IMG/VR virus record: IMGVR_UViG_3300010354_000096
Location: 1 to 60,478 of that record
Length of the DNA stretch: 60,478 nucleotides
Direction: 5' to 3' (one strand)
Origin: a virus
Lineage: Duplodnaviria; Caudoviricetes
The position numbers were made by a program, and so were the translations under genes. This document shows, piece by piece, positions 50,501 through 59,075 of this stretch (positions within the stretch are counted from its first letter, which is position 1; every line of letters begins with the position of its first letter). The notes under the pieces are model-generated. The model saw only the letters and a list, made by a program, of their open reading frames with translations. It made no database searches and was not told the DNA's origin.

Positions 50501-53500
50501 GTCACACACGCTGTTAAAACTGATGGTACATTATGGGCATGGGGTGATGGTTCTTCTTATACATTTGGTGCAGGTAATGCTATATCTACATCACGTTCAT
50601 CACCAGTTCAAGTTGGTGTTCTTACAAATTGGACAAATGTAAAAAATACACGAGATCACGTTGTAGCTATTAATAATAATGAATTATATGAAGCAGGTAA
50701 TAATATAACAGGTTGGTCATCCGATAAATCATCACCAGTTCAAGTTGGAAGTGGTAATGATTGGACGTATGTAGATGCTGGTAATGATTACACTATGGCT
50801 GTAAAATCGAATGGTACATTATGGGCATGGGGCTTAAATACGGATGGTAATTTGGGCGATGGTACAATTCTTCCAAAAGATTCACCTGTTCAAATTGGAA
50901 CTCTAACTAATTGGGCAAAAGTTTCAACAGGAAGATTACTTAACAGAGGAACTCTTGCTTTAAAAACCGATGGAACTCTATGGGCATGGGGGCAAGCTGC
51001 TTCTGGACAATTAGGCACAAATAATCTAACCTCATATTCTTCACCAGTTCAAATTGGTACACTTACAAATTGGTCTAATATTAGTATGGGTTATGGGTGG
51101 GCTTTTGCAACAAAAAATGACGGTACTTTATGGGGCTGGGGGCAGAATTCTATTGGAGAATTAGGAAATGGATTACCAACTGCAGTTTCATCACCTGTTC
51201 AAATAGGGGGTGCAACAAATTGGTCATTTGCTTATGCTGGTGTTAATTTACATAGTATTGCTGTGAAAACAAATGGAGAACTGTATAGTACAGGTGCAAA
51301 CAATAACAATTTACTGTTACTTGGCCGTTCAACTACACAAGAAGTAATTCCAATTAAAATTGGAACTGATACAAATTGGTCAAAGGTGTATGCAGGACAA
51401 TGGGATACATTTGGTATTAAAACCGATGGAACTCTATGGGCTTGGGGTAAAAATTCTGGTGGTAAATTGGGATTGGGTGATACGACTTCAAGAAATTCAC
51501 CAGTTCAAGTTGGAACTGATACTTGGTTGAAAGTTGTAAACGCTATAAGTCATACAGTTGGTTTAAAATCGGATAATAGTCTTTATGTGTGGGGTACTGA
51601 TAATCAAGGGTCTCTTGGTAGAGGTGCTGTTAATTTAACTCGTTTTACTCCAATAGATGAAGCAGGGTGGTCTGACATAACTGCAGGTGGTTTATCATAT
51701 ACAATGGGTATTAAAACTAATGGTACACTATGGGCTTGGGGTGGTAACAATAGTTCAGGCCAATTAGGTACAAATAACACAACCACATATGCTTCACCTG
51801 TTCAAATTGGAACTCTAACTAATTGGTCAAAGGTTGTAGCTGGACAGCAACACACAACTGCAATAAAAACAGATGGTACACTATGGGGTTGGGGTTGGAA
51901 TTCAACCGGACAAGTAGGTGATAATACTACTGTGACACGTTCAAGTCCAGTTCAAATTGGAACAGATACAAATTGGGCAACAGTTGATACATACGAAAGT
52001 AGTACAATGGCTATTAAAACCAATTGGACACTATGGGGTTGGGGATTAAATACAAGTGGACAATTAGGTGATACTTCATTAGTTAATCGTTCAAGTCCAG
52101 TTCAGATTGGTACTCTTACTAATTGGTCAACTGTTTCTGTTGGCGCAAATGGCGGAGTAGCGGTTAAAACAGATGGTACTTTGTGGAGTTGGGGGAGTGG
52201 TTTATATGGTGCATTAGGTGATAATACAACTGCTGATAAATCTTCGCCTGTTCAAATTGGAACTCTAACCAACTGGGCTAGTTGTGCACGAGCAACATAT
52301 TCTTCATTAGCAGTTAAAACCGATGGTACACTATGGGCATGGGGTATGAATTGGAATGCCCAACTTGGTATTGATCAACATTACAACGCATTTGGTGAGG
52401 TGTCAGGTACTACTCAAGTAACTGCTGCATCAACTGGTGAAGGAACTGCAAGTCATTATATAAAAACAGACGGTACGCTATGGGGTTGGGGAGTAAATAA
52501 TGGTAATGGTGTAGTTGGTGATAATACAAATGCTACTAAATCATCTCCAGTACAAATCGGTACAGATAATACATGGTCAAAAATAAAAGAAAATGCTCAT
52601 GTCATGGCGTTAAAAACCAATGGAACTCTTTGGAGTTGGGGTTATAACGGTAATGGAGAACTTGGACAAAATGATAAGGCAGCTCGTTCAAGTCCAGTTC
52701 AAGTTGGTACTGATATGAATTGGTATGATTTTGCTGTTGGTAGTGGCGGTGTTACGTTAGCGGTTAAAACCGATGGTACTCTTTGGAGTTGGGGTTATAA
52801 TTTTAATGGACAACTTGGACAGAATGATACAATATCTCGTTCAAGTCCAGTTCAAATAGGTACTTTAACTAATTGGAGTAAGGTTGCAACCGGTGGTAAT
52901 ATGGGTTTTGCAATAAAAACCGATGGTACACTATGGGGTTGGGGAATAAATAGTTCAGGTCAATTAGGTGATAATTCATTAATTGCTCGTTCATCGCCTG
53001 TTCAAATAGGTACATTAACTAATTGGTCATCGATTGCGGCAGGAGCAGGAACACATACCATTGCTGTAAAAACCGATGGAACTCTATGGACATGGGGACA
53101 AGGTACTTCTGGTCAATTAGGTAATGGTATTGATACAAATAATAGATCATTTCCAGTTCAAGTTGGTTTTGATACTAATTGGTCAAAAGTTTCTGCTGGT
53201 AACGCTTCTAGCTTTGCTATAAAGACAGACGGTAGTCTTTGGAGTTGGGGAAACTATATTCAAGTAGTAGGCGCAGCGTCTTCAAATCGCTCCTCACCTG
53301 TTCAAATTGGTGGCTCAAGTGATTGGTTAGAAATAATAGCAACAACTGATGGTAGTTCATATAATCAACCATTTTTAGCAATTAATACTTCTAATAAATT
53401 ATATACCGCAAGTGGAAATAATTTTTATGATTATGCATTACTGCGACCAATAACACGTTCAAGTCCAGTTCAGGTTGGAACTTTAACTAATTGGTCTGGT

Positions 53501-56110
53501 GTTGATATTGTAAACCATACAGTAGGTCTTAGTGGGTATAGCACGATTGCTTATAAAACAGATGGTACATTATGGGCATGGGGTGATAATCAAGTATATC
53601 ATCTTGGTACAGGAGAATCTACAACTGCATATAGGTCATCACCTGTGCAAATATCAAATGTATCAAACATTAATAAACTTAGTATTAATAAAACACATTC
53701 TTTAGCAAAGAATACTGCTGGTATTGTTTACTATACTGGTACTCAAGATTTAATAATTCGTGGTAATGTTACACCAAAATCCTCACCTGTTCAACTTTCA
53801 TCTGAGAGTTGGTCTGATATATCAGTATCGAATGCAAATTCTATGGCTGTAAAATCTAATGGTACACTATGGGGTTGGGGATTGAATCAAACATACGGTA
53901 CACTTGGTATTGATGGTGATGCAACTACGAATCGTTCAAGTCCAGTTCAAGTTGGTACTAAAACAAATTGGCGTATTGCAGGTAGTGGTTATCAATTTTC
54001 AATTGGAGTTGATAATTCTAATAATTTATTTAGTACAAATTATGGTGCTGTACTTATAAAATCGTCACCAATACAAATAACATCTGCTGTAAATTGGAGT
54101 TCATTGTCAGCGGGAAATTCATTCACTATGGGTGTAAAAACCGATGGTACGCTATGGGGTTGGGGACAAAATAATATAGGTCAATTAGGTGACAATACAG
54201 TCATACCACGTTCAAGTCCAATTCAAATAGGTACTCTAACTAATTGGTCAAAGGTTACTGCGGCACAATCACAAACCATAGCAGTTAAAACCGATGGTAC
54301 ACTATGGGCATGGGGATATAATGGACTTGGGGCTTTAGGAACTGGCAATACAACAAATCGTTCAAGTCCAGTTCAGATTGGTACTCTTACTAATTGGTCT
54401 GGTATATGGACTATGTGGGATTCAAGTTTTGCAATAAAAACAGATGGTACTTTATGGTCATGGGGTTATAATGGTTTTGGACAGTTAGGAACTGGTAATA
54501 CACTTGGACTTTCCTCTCCAGTTCAAGTTGGTACATTAACTAATTGGTCAAAGGTGTTTAACGGTCAATCATCACAAACCATGGCAATAAAAACCGATGG
54601 AACTCTGTGGGGTTGGGGTTATAATCTTTATGGTATGGTTGGTGATGGAACAACTACTAATCGTTCAAGTCCAGTTCAAATCGGTACTCTTACTACTTGG
54701 TCAGGTCTTGTAACAGGAAATAATCTTACAGTTGCCGTTAAAACTGATGGTACTCTTTGGAATTGGGGTGTTGGTGGAGTTTTTGGTAATGCAAAACTAA
54801 GTACAGCAAGGTCAAACCTTATGCAATTAAGTGAAAGGAATTGGCAATCAGTAGCTGCTTCAGGTGGTCATGTAATTGCTTTAGCAACCGATGGTACACT
54901 ATGGAGTTGGGGAAGTGTTAATAATGCTGGACAACTTGGACACGGTGAGTTAGTAATTAAGTCCGCTCCATTCCAAATTGGATTTCTTAATACATGGGCA
55001 AGTGTTGCTGCTGGTAATGGTATTAGTGGTGCAATAAAAACTGATGGTACATTGTGGACATGGGGACAGAATGGGTATGGTGGATTAGGAACTAATAACA
55101 CAGCGCTTCGTTCAAGTCCAGTTCAGATTGGTACTGATACTAATTGGTCTAAAATTTCTATGAGTGAATATGATACTATAGCAGTTAAAACCAATGGTAC
55201 TCTGTGGGCTTGGGGTTATAATTTTTATGGAGAATTAGGTGACGGAACAGCCGTGAGTAGATCATCACCAGTTCAAATTGGTACTGATACTAATTGGTAT
55301 GATGTTGCTACTGGTGTTTATTTTACTCTTGCAACAAAAACCGATGGTACTCTGTGGGCATGGGGATTAAATACTGCAGGTCAATTAGGACAGAATAATA
55401 CGGTAACTGCACGTTCAAGTCCAGTTCAAATTGGAACTCTGACTAATTGGTCAAAGATTACAGGTGGTACGTATAACGCCATGGCAATAAAAACCGATGG
55501 AACTCTTTGGGGTTGGGGTTATGGTGATTCTGGTAGATTGGGTACTAATGATACAATTAGTCGTTCCTCACCGGTTCAAATAGGTACTTTAACTAATTGG
55601 TCAAGTGTTTCTGCAGCAGTAACAAATCAAGTTCATGCTATTAAAACAGATGGTACACTATGGGCGTGGGGTATTAATACGAATGGTGCTTACGGTAACG
55701 GTGATACAATAACTCGTTCAAGTCCAGTTCAAATCGGTACTTTAACTAATTGGACTACAGTTTCTTCTGCTACGTCAAACGTAATGGTAATAAATTCAAG
55801 TTACAAAATGTACTCAGCTGGTGCAAACAATGGAAACTTGGGTTATTGGATTTATGACGGTAATAATAGGTCTTCTCCTATACAAGTTGGAGCTGATGCA
55901 AATTGGACAAGTGCTATGAGTGGTTTTAGTGGTGCTGATATTATAAGAACAGACGGTACACTATGGTCATGGGGTAATAACAATTTTTATGGACAAATAG
56001 GTGATGGGACTACAGTAAACAAATCATCACCAGTACAGGTTGGCTCACTTACTTTTTGGAAAACAATAAGTACAGGATATAATCACAGAGTGGGAATAGT
56101 TGAATATTAA
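47597..56110 (+). CDS. giant RCC1/BLIP-II-repeat protein (56 blades, eight propellers), probable receptor-binding appendage
   Basis: ~50-aa unit W..V..G..H..AIKTDGTLW.WG.N..G.LG......RSSPVQIG. ATG at 47597 after GAGG is preferred over 47555. Confidence 0.9.
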   Translation: MIKNVLLHVSRSYTPYVKSRLIYGNGLASYGELDNDTLLYTMNQVDGNATTVSASITSHTTNAALFVKSNNSLWGFGGQPSYELGDGTTTTRSSPVQIGTLTNWKSVSVGYSHTIAVKTDGTLWNWGHSSSLSSLPIILRSSPIQVGGDTNWTFATAGDSYSMAIKTDGTLWGWGSNASGSLGNGQSAFTFGKVVYGDSYVSASAGESHTLAIKSDGTLWGFGDDSSGRLGQVQSSNFFNKVSMPYGTIVSASATWATLSGNNIFVIAINSDGTMWGWGANGNYNLGDGTITNKSLPIQITTSNKWTDVKTGNSHTIAIQSDGTLWGWGTNNGGKLGDGTTTTRSLPVQIPGTSNWTKIAVGGDNSNAIRSDGTLWGWGANNVGQIGDGTVVSRSSPVQIGTLTDWSKVDAGLSHTMAIKTDGTLWGWGLNTSGQLGDTSLVNRSSPVQIGTLTNWSKVYGGSSWTMAIKTDGTLWGWGGNADGNLGDDTSVSRSSPVQIGTLTNWANVSTRGYVFTIATKTDGTLWAWGNDSNSYYLVGNMFSVTRSSPVQLGTLTNWTNVFGGQAISLPLSSDGLYAVAGSNFLGTGYKVTILNVSSPVQIGDNKNWRNVSTTRLSVLALKTNGTLWAWGSNTAGILGTNNTTQYTSPVQVGTLTNWNFVSNGYSHTMAIKTDGTLWGWGSNFRGNIGDGQSYGSINKINVQIVTPTEYDTSTNHTLVVRNDYTLWAWGLNTTGQLGDNSFIARSSPIQIGTDTNWSTVSTGGGFSHGIRTDGTLWSWGTGGSGVLGDGTVVAKLSPVQIGTLTNWSKVSSNTNNSFAIKTDGTLWAWGFNGSGYTLGLFTDTANRSSPTQVGTGNTWSSVSAGLSHGMAIKSDNTLWGWGFNSNGQIGDNSVSTRFSPIQIGTLTNWASVASGQSHTMAVKTDGTLWGWGINNLGQVGDTTTVSRSSPVQIGTLTNWSKVAAGTNVTHAVKTDGTLWAWGDGSSYTFGAGNAISTSRSSPVQVGVLTNWTNVKNTRDHVVAINNNELYEAGNNITGWSSDKSSPVQVGSGNDWTYVDAGNDYTMAVKSNGTLWAWGLNTDGNLGDGTILPKDSPVQIGTLTNWAKVSTGRLLNRGTLALKTDGTLWAWGQAASGQLGTNNLTSYSSPVQIGTLTNWSNISMGYGWAFATKNDGTLWGWGQNSIGELGNGLPTAVSSPVQIGGATNWSFAYAGVNLHSIAVKTNGELYSTGANNNNLLLLGRSTTQEVIPIKIGTDTNWSKVYAGQWDTFGIKTDGTLWAWGKNSGGKLGLGDTTSRNSPVQVGTDTWLKVVNAISHTVGLKSDNSLYVWGTDNQGSLGRGAVNLTRFTPIDEAGWSDITAGGLSYTMGIKTNGTLWAWGGNNSSGQLGTNNTTTYASPVQIGTLTNWSKVVAGQQHTTAIKTDGTLWGWGWNSTGQVGDNTTVTRSSPVQIGTDTNWATVDTYESSTMAIKTNWTLWGWGLNTSGQLGDTSLVNRSSPVQIGTLTNWSTVSVGANGGVAVKTDGTLWSWGSGLYGALGDNTTADKSSPVQIGTLTNWASCARATYSSLAVKTDGTLWAWGMNWNAQLGIDQHYNAFGEVSGTTQVTAASTGEGTASHYIKTDGTLWGWGVNNGNGVVGDNTNATKSSPVQIGTDNTWSKIKENAHVMALKTNGTLWSWGYNGNGELGQNDKAARSSPVQVGTDMNWYDFAVGSGGVTLAVKTDGTLWSWGYNFNGQLGQNDTISRSSPVQIGTLTNWSKVATGGNMGFAIKTDGTLWGWGINSSGQLGDNSLIARSSPVQIGTLTNWSSIAAGAGTHTIAVKTDGTLWTWGQGTSGQLGNGIDTNNRSFPVQVGFDTNWSKVSAGNASSFAIKTDGSLWSWGNYIQVVGAASSNRSSPVQIGGSSDWLEIIATTDGSSYNQPFLAINTSNKLYTASGNNFYDYALLRPITRSSPVQVGTLTNWSGVDIVNHTVGLSGYSTIAYKTDGTLWAWGDNQVYHLGTGESTTAYRSSPVQISNVSNINKLSINKTHSLAKNTAGIVYYTGTQDLIIRGNVTPKSSPVQLSSESWSDISVSNANSMAVKSNGTLWGWGLNQTYGTLGIDGDATTNRSSPVQVGTKTNWRIAGSGYQFSIGVDNSNNLFSTNYGAVLIKSSPIQITSAVNWSSLSAGNSFTMGVKTDGTLWGWGQNNIGQLGDNTVIPRSSPIQIGTLTNWSKVTAAQSQTIAVKTDGTLWAWGYNGLGALGTGNTTNRSSPVQIGTLTNWSGIWTMWDSSFAIKTDGTLWSWGYNGFGQLGTGNTLGLSSPVQVGTLTNWSKVFNGQSSQTMAIKTDGTLWGWGYNLYGMVGDGTTTNRSSPVQIGTLTTWSGLVTGNNLTVAVKTDGTLWNWGVGGVFGNAKLSTARSNLMQLSERNWQSVAASGGHVIALATDGTLWSWGSVNNAGQLGHGELVIKSAPFQIGFLNTWASVAAGNGISGAIKTDGTLWTWGQNGYGGLGTNNTALRSSPVQIGTDTNWSKISMSEYDTIAVKTNGTLWAWGYNFYGELGDGTAVSRSSPVQIGTDTNWYDVATGVYFTLATKTDGTLWAWGLNTAGQLGQNNTVTARSSPVQIGTLTNWSKITGGTYNAMAIKTDGTLWGWGYGDSGRLGTNDTISRSSPVQIGTLTNWSSVSAAVTNQVHAIKTDGTLWAWGINTNGAYGNGDTITRSSPVQIGTLTNWTTVSSATSNVMVINSSYKMYSAGANNGNLGYWIYDGNNRSSPIQVGADANWTSAMSGFSGADIIRTDGTLWSWGNNNFYGQIGDGTTVNKSSPVQVGSLTFWKTISTGYNHRVGIVEY
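48866..48964 (+). repeat. 99-bp perfect direct repeat, second copy at 52028-52126
   Basis: ACACTATGGGG...CTAATTGG identical at both sites by direct comparison. Confidence 0.9.
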
Positions 56111-56120
56111 TAAAATAATA

Positions 56121-56152
56121 TTTGTATTCCTACTCTAAATTTTGTATATTTA
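56121..56152 (+). promoter_or_regulatory. probable Bacteroidota-type promoter for the glycosyltransferase cassette
   Basis: TTTG (56121-56124), 20 nt spacer, TATATTTA (56145-56152); one mismatch to TAnnTTTG. Confidence 0.5.
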
Positions 56153-56191
56153 CAATCAATTTATTAAAAACAATAAAAAAAGGTTACGTTT

Positions 56192-57196
56192 ATGAGTAAA
56201 AAGGCTATGCATCCATTGGATTTGGCATTGGAAGCATCTATTAATGGTAATCCAGAAATTAGTGAAGACATTCTGAGAAATCAACCACAGAATGATACAC
56301 GAGTTTTATTCAATTTGGGTTGGCATGAAATGCGAAAAGGCAATATGAAGAAAGCGTTTGAACATTTCAACTACGGTAGATACATAAATGTGTTTGGTCT
56401 TCCTGCTTTACCAGGAAAAATTTGGAAAGATGAAGATTTGACTAATAAAACACTTCTTTTTAGATGCGAAGGTGGATATGGCGATCAAATTCTTAACTTT
56501 CGTTTTGCTAAACGATTTGAAGAGATGGGTGCAAAGGTATTAGTTTCATGTGCTCCAGAATTAAAAGAGTTATTTTCAAGACATGGATTTATTTGTGTTG
56601 ATAATGAAGTAGTTATGGGTTGCCACTATGATTATTGGATTCCTGCAATGTCCGCTGCCTATGTTTTAGATATGGAGTATGAGGATTTAGATGGAAAACC
56701 TTTTTTATTTACGAAAGAAAAAAGAAATTTATTTTCTAAGAAAGGAAATTTGAAAGTTGGTATTCGTTGGAGTGGTTCACCTGAGTTTGAAGATGAACAA
56801 CATAGAAGATTTAATCCAGAATTAATGATAGACTTACATGATGTTCCAAATACAACATTTTATTCTTTACAAAGAGATGAAAATTGTGTAGATGGACTTC
56901 CATTTGGCGATATGCGTGATCAAATGAAAACATGGGACGATACTGCTTCTATTATTGCGGGATGTGATGTAATAATTACTTCATGTACTTCAATCGCACA
57001 CCTTTCCGCTGCTATGGGAGTTCCAACTTGGATAGTTACACCGATTATGCCTTACTACACATGGGTAGTACCAGGTGATACTTCACGATGGTATGACTCA
57101 GTAAGATTATTCAGACAAGAAAAATATGGAGAATGGGAAGCACCATTCGCTAAAATCAGAGAAGAACTCACTAAATTAGCGGAAAACCACAAATGA
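56192..57196 (+). CDS. TPR-capped GT-B glycosyltransferase (GT9-like)
   Basis: EGGYGDQILNFRF, VGIRWSG, FYSLQ, DVIITSCTSIAHLSAAMGVPTW, SRWY; short TPR-like N-terminus. Confidence 0.8.
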   Translation: MSKKAMHPLDLALEASINGNPEISEDILRNQPQNDTRVLFNLGWHEMRKGNMKKAFEHFNYGRYINVFGLPALPGKIWKDEDLTNKTLLFRCEGGYGDQILNFRFAKRFEEMGAKVLVSCAPELKELFSRHGFICVDNEVVMGCHYDYWIPAMSAAYVLDMEYEDLDGKPFLFTKEKRNLFSKKGNLKVGIRWSGSPEFEDEQHRRFNPELMIDLHDVPNTTFYSLQRDENCVDGLPFGDMRDQMKTWDDTASIIAGCDVIITSCTSIAHLSAAMGVPTWIVTPIMPYYTWVVPGDTSRWYDSVRLFRQEKYGEWEAPFAKIREELTKLAENHK

Positions 57197-57771
57197 TGCC
57201 ACATTATTATCACTACATACATGGATGGTTTGTCCAAGAGAATGTATACACTCAGATGGTTGATTCTTGCAATGATACAGATAATTACCATTTTGTTGAA
57301 ATAGGTAGTTGGAAAGGAAGAAGTTCTTGCTTTATGGGTGTAGAAATACTAAATAGCGGTAAAAAAATTAAATTCGATTGTGTTGATACGTGGTTAGGTT
57401 CAGAAGAACATACAAATCCTAAATCTTCACACTATGAACCACTTCTTGAAATACCAGACGGACTTTACAATGAATTTATACATAACATTGAACCTATTAA
57501 TAAGGTTGTTAATCCGATAAGAATGACTTCGGTAGAAGCATCTAAACTATATGAAGATGAAAGTTTAGATTTTGTTTATATAGATGGTGCACACGATTAT
57601 GTTAGTGTGAAGCAAGATATTGAACATTGGTATCCGAAAGTAAAAAAAGGTGGTTATATTGCTGGCGATGATTTTGATATTTGGGCAGGTGTTCCTGCTG
57701 CGGTAAGAGAATGTTTTGGAAATGATTTTAATATAATAAGAGGTATAACATGGTTGAAAAAGAAAATTTAA
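57193..57771 (+). CDS. class I SAM-dependent methyltransferase (Methyltransf_24-like)
   Basis: VEIGSWKGRS, CVDTW, DFVYIDGAHDY, KKGGYIAGDD. Confidence 0.88.
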   Translation: MMPHYYHYIHGWFVQENVYTQMVDSCNDTDNYHFVEIGSWKGRSSCFMGVEILNSGKKIKFDCVDTWLGSEEHTNPKSSHYEPLLEIPDGLYNEFIHNIEPINKVVNPIRMTSVEASKLYEDESLDFVYIDGAHDYVSVKQDIEHWYPKVKKGGYIAGDDFDIWAGVPAAVRECFGNDFNIIRGITWLKKKI

Positions 57772-58538
57772 GTGTTGATATTATATTAAGAACACATGAT
57801 TTTATAGATATTCACGCTTCTCCAAGTGGTAGATATTGTGGAACTGATAAAACAACTCTTATTTGTAAATGTGTAAAGTCCTTAGTGAAGTCAGCAAACA
57901 ATTACGATGGTAAAGTTAGATTTATTTGGCTTGATGACCATTCTTCACAATCAACCATTGATAAATTACACGTTATATTTTCAGAATCAAAACATGAAGT
58001 TGAATTTGTTCCGTTGGAATTACGTGGATGGAACGCTTCTGGTTATGAACAATTTGAAAGAGGAAGGGCTTCAGATGCAGATTTAGTTTATTTTGTGGAA
58101 GATGATTATTTACATTTTCCAACAGCAATAGAAGAAATGGTTGATGGGTATAGAGAGTTTAAAGAAAATCTTGGTTTAGAAGTTGCAATTCACCCGTTTG
58201 ATGATCCAGATAACTACTTACCACAATATATTGCGCCATGTAGAGTTGTTTTGGGTAAGAACAGAAGATTTAGAACAAATGAATATAGTACATTTGTATT
58301 TTTATGTTCACCTGAATTAATTAGAAAACATTGGAGTAGATTTTATACACTCGCAACAGAATATATGACTGAGTGGGGTGAGCACAATAAAATCCATGAA
58401 GGAACAACTATTAACCATATTTGGCGGTGGGAAGCAAAATTATTTACGCCAATACCATCACTTGCACTTCACATGGGCTTTGAAGAACAAAAAGACAAGT
58501 ACATTGATTGGGAAGAACTATGGAAATCGGTAGGTTAA
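57750..58538 (+). CDS. GT-A fold glycosyltransferase (GT2-like)
   Basis: WLDDHS, LVYFVEDDYLH (acidic metal-binding motif), TPIPSLALHMG. Confidence 0.75.
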   Translation: MVEKENLSVDIILRTHDFIDIHASPSGRYCGTDKTTLICKCVKSLVKSANNYDGKVRFIWLDDHSSQSTIDKLHVIFSESKHEVEFVPLELRGWNASGYEQFERGRASDADLVYFVEDDYLHFPTAIEEMVDGYREFKENLGLEVAIHPFDDPDNYLPQYIAPCRVVLGKNRRFRTNEYSTFVFLCSPELIRKHWSRFYTLATEYMTEWGEHNKIHEGTTINHIWRWEAKLFTPIPSLALHMGFEEQKDKYIDWEELWKSVG

Positions 58539-58583
58539 CTATATTTATGGATATAACTATTTCTATAACTTATTGGATTTAAG

Positions 58584-59075
58584 ATGCATTATGTACACGT
58601 AGAAAACGGTGAAATAAAAGGATTTCCAATGCCGTTGCCTAAATCTTGGGGTAATATATCAAACTTTGATTTACTCGATGACCAGTCATTACGTCAGTAC
58701 GGTTGGTATAAATACACATTTATTCCTGCACAACAAACTGAAACAAATTATACAGATGGTTCAACTGTTGTAATAACTGAAGAAGGTGTAATTGAATATC
58801 AACTTCTTAAAGAAAAAACCGAAGAACAAATTCAAAAAGAAATAGAAAGCCGTTGGGAAAATATTCGTTCTCAAAGAAATGTGTATTTGTTAGAGTCCGA
58901 TTGGACACAACTCGAAGATTCTCCATTATTAGCACAAGAAAAAGAAGAATGGAGAGTATATCGTCAAGCTTTGAGAGATATAACAAATTTTGCAACACCA
59001 GACGAAGTTGTATGGCCAACAAAACCATCTAATGAATTAAGAACTTCGGTACAACCGAATGGAGAAGTTTCTTGA
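58584..59075 (+). CDS. phage tail-fibre assembly chaperone
   Basis: IRSQRNVYLLESDWTQLEDSP..WRVYRQALRDIT..WPTKP. Confidence 0.88.
   Translation: MHYVHVENGEIKGFPMPLPKSWGNISNFDLLDDQSLRQYGWYKYTFIPAQQTETNYTDGSTVVITEEGVIEYQLLKEKTEEQIQKEIESRWENIRSQRNVYLLESDWTQLEDSPLLAQEKEEWRVYRQALRDITNFATPDEVVWPTKPSNELRTSVQPNGEVS

Noticed and set aside
46104-56110. Diversity-generating retroelement suggested by the Mtd-N-like domain and repeats
   Set aside because: No reverse transcriptase in the window and no repeat pair differing specifically at adenines; the 99-bp pair is identical.
47597-56110. Eukaryotic or giant-virus origin because of RCC1 and LRR repeats
   Set aside because: SD motifs, overlapping operonic genes, peptidoglycan hydrolases and gp25/gp6-like baseplate genes indicate a bacteriophage.
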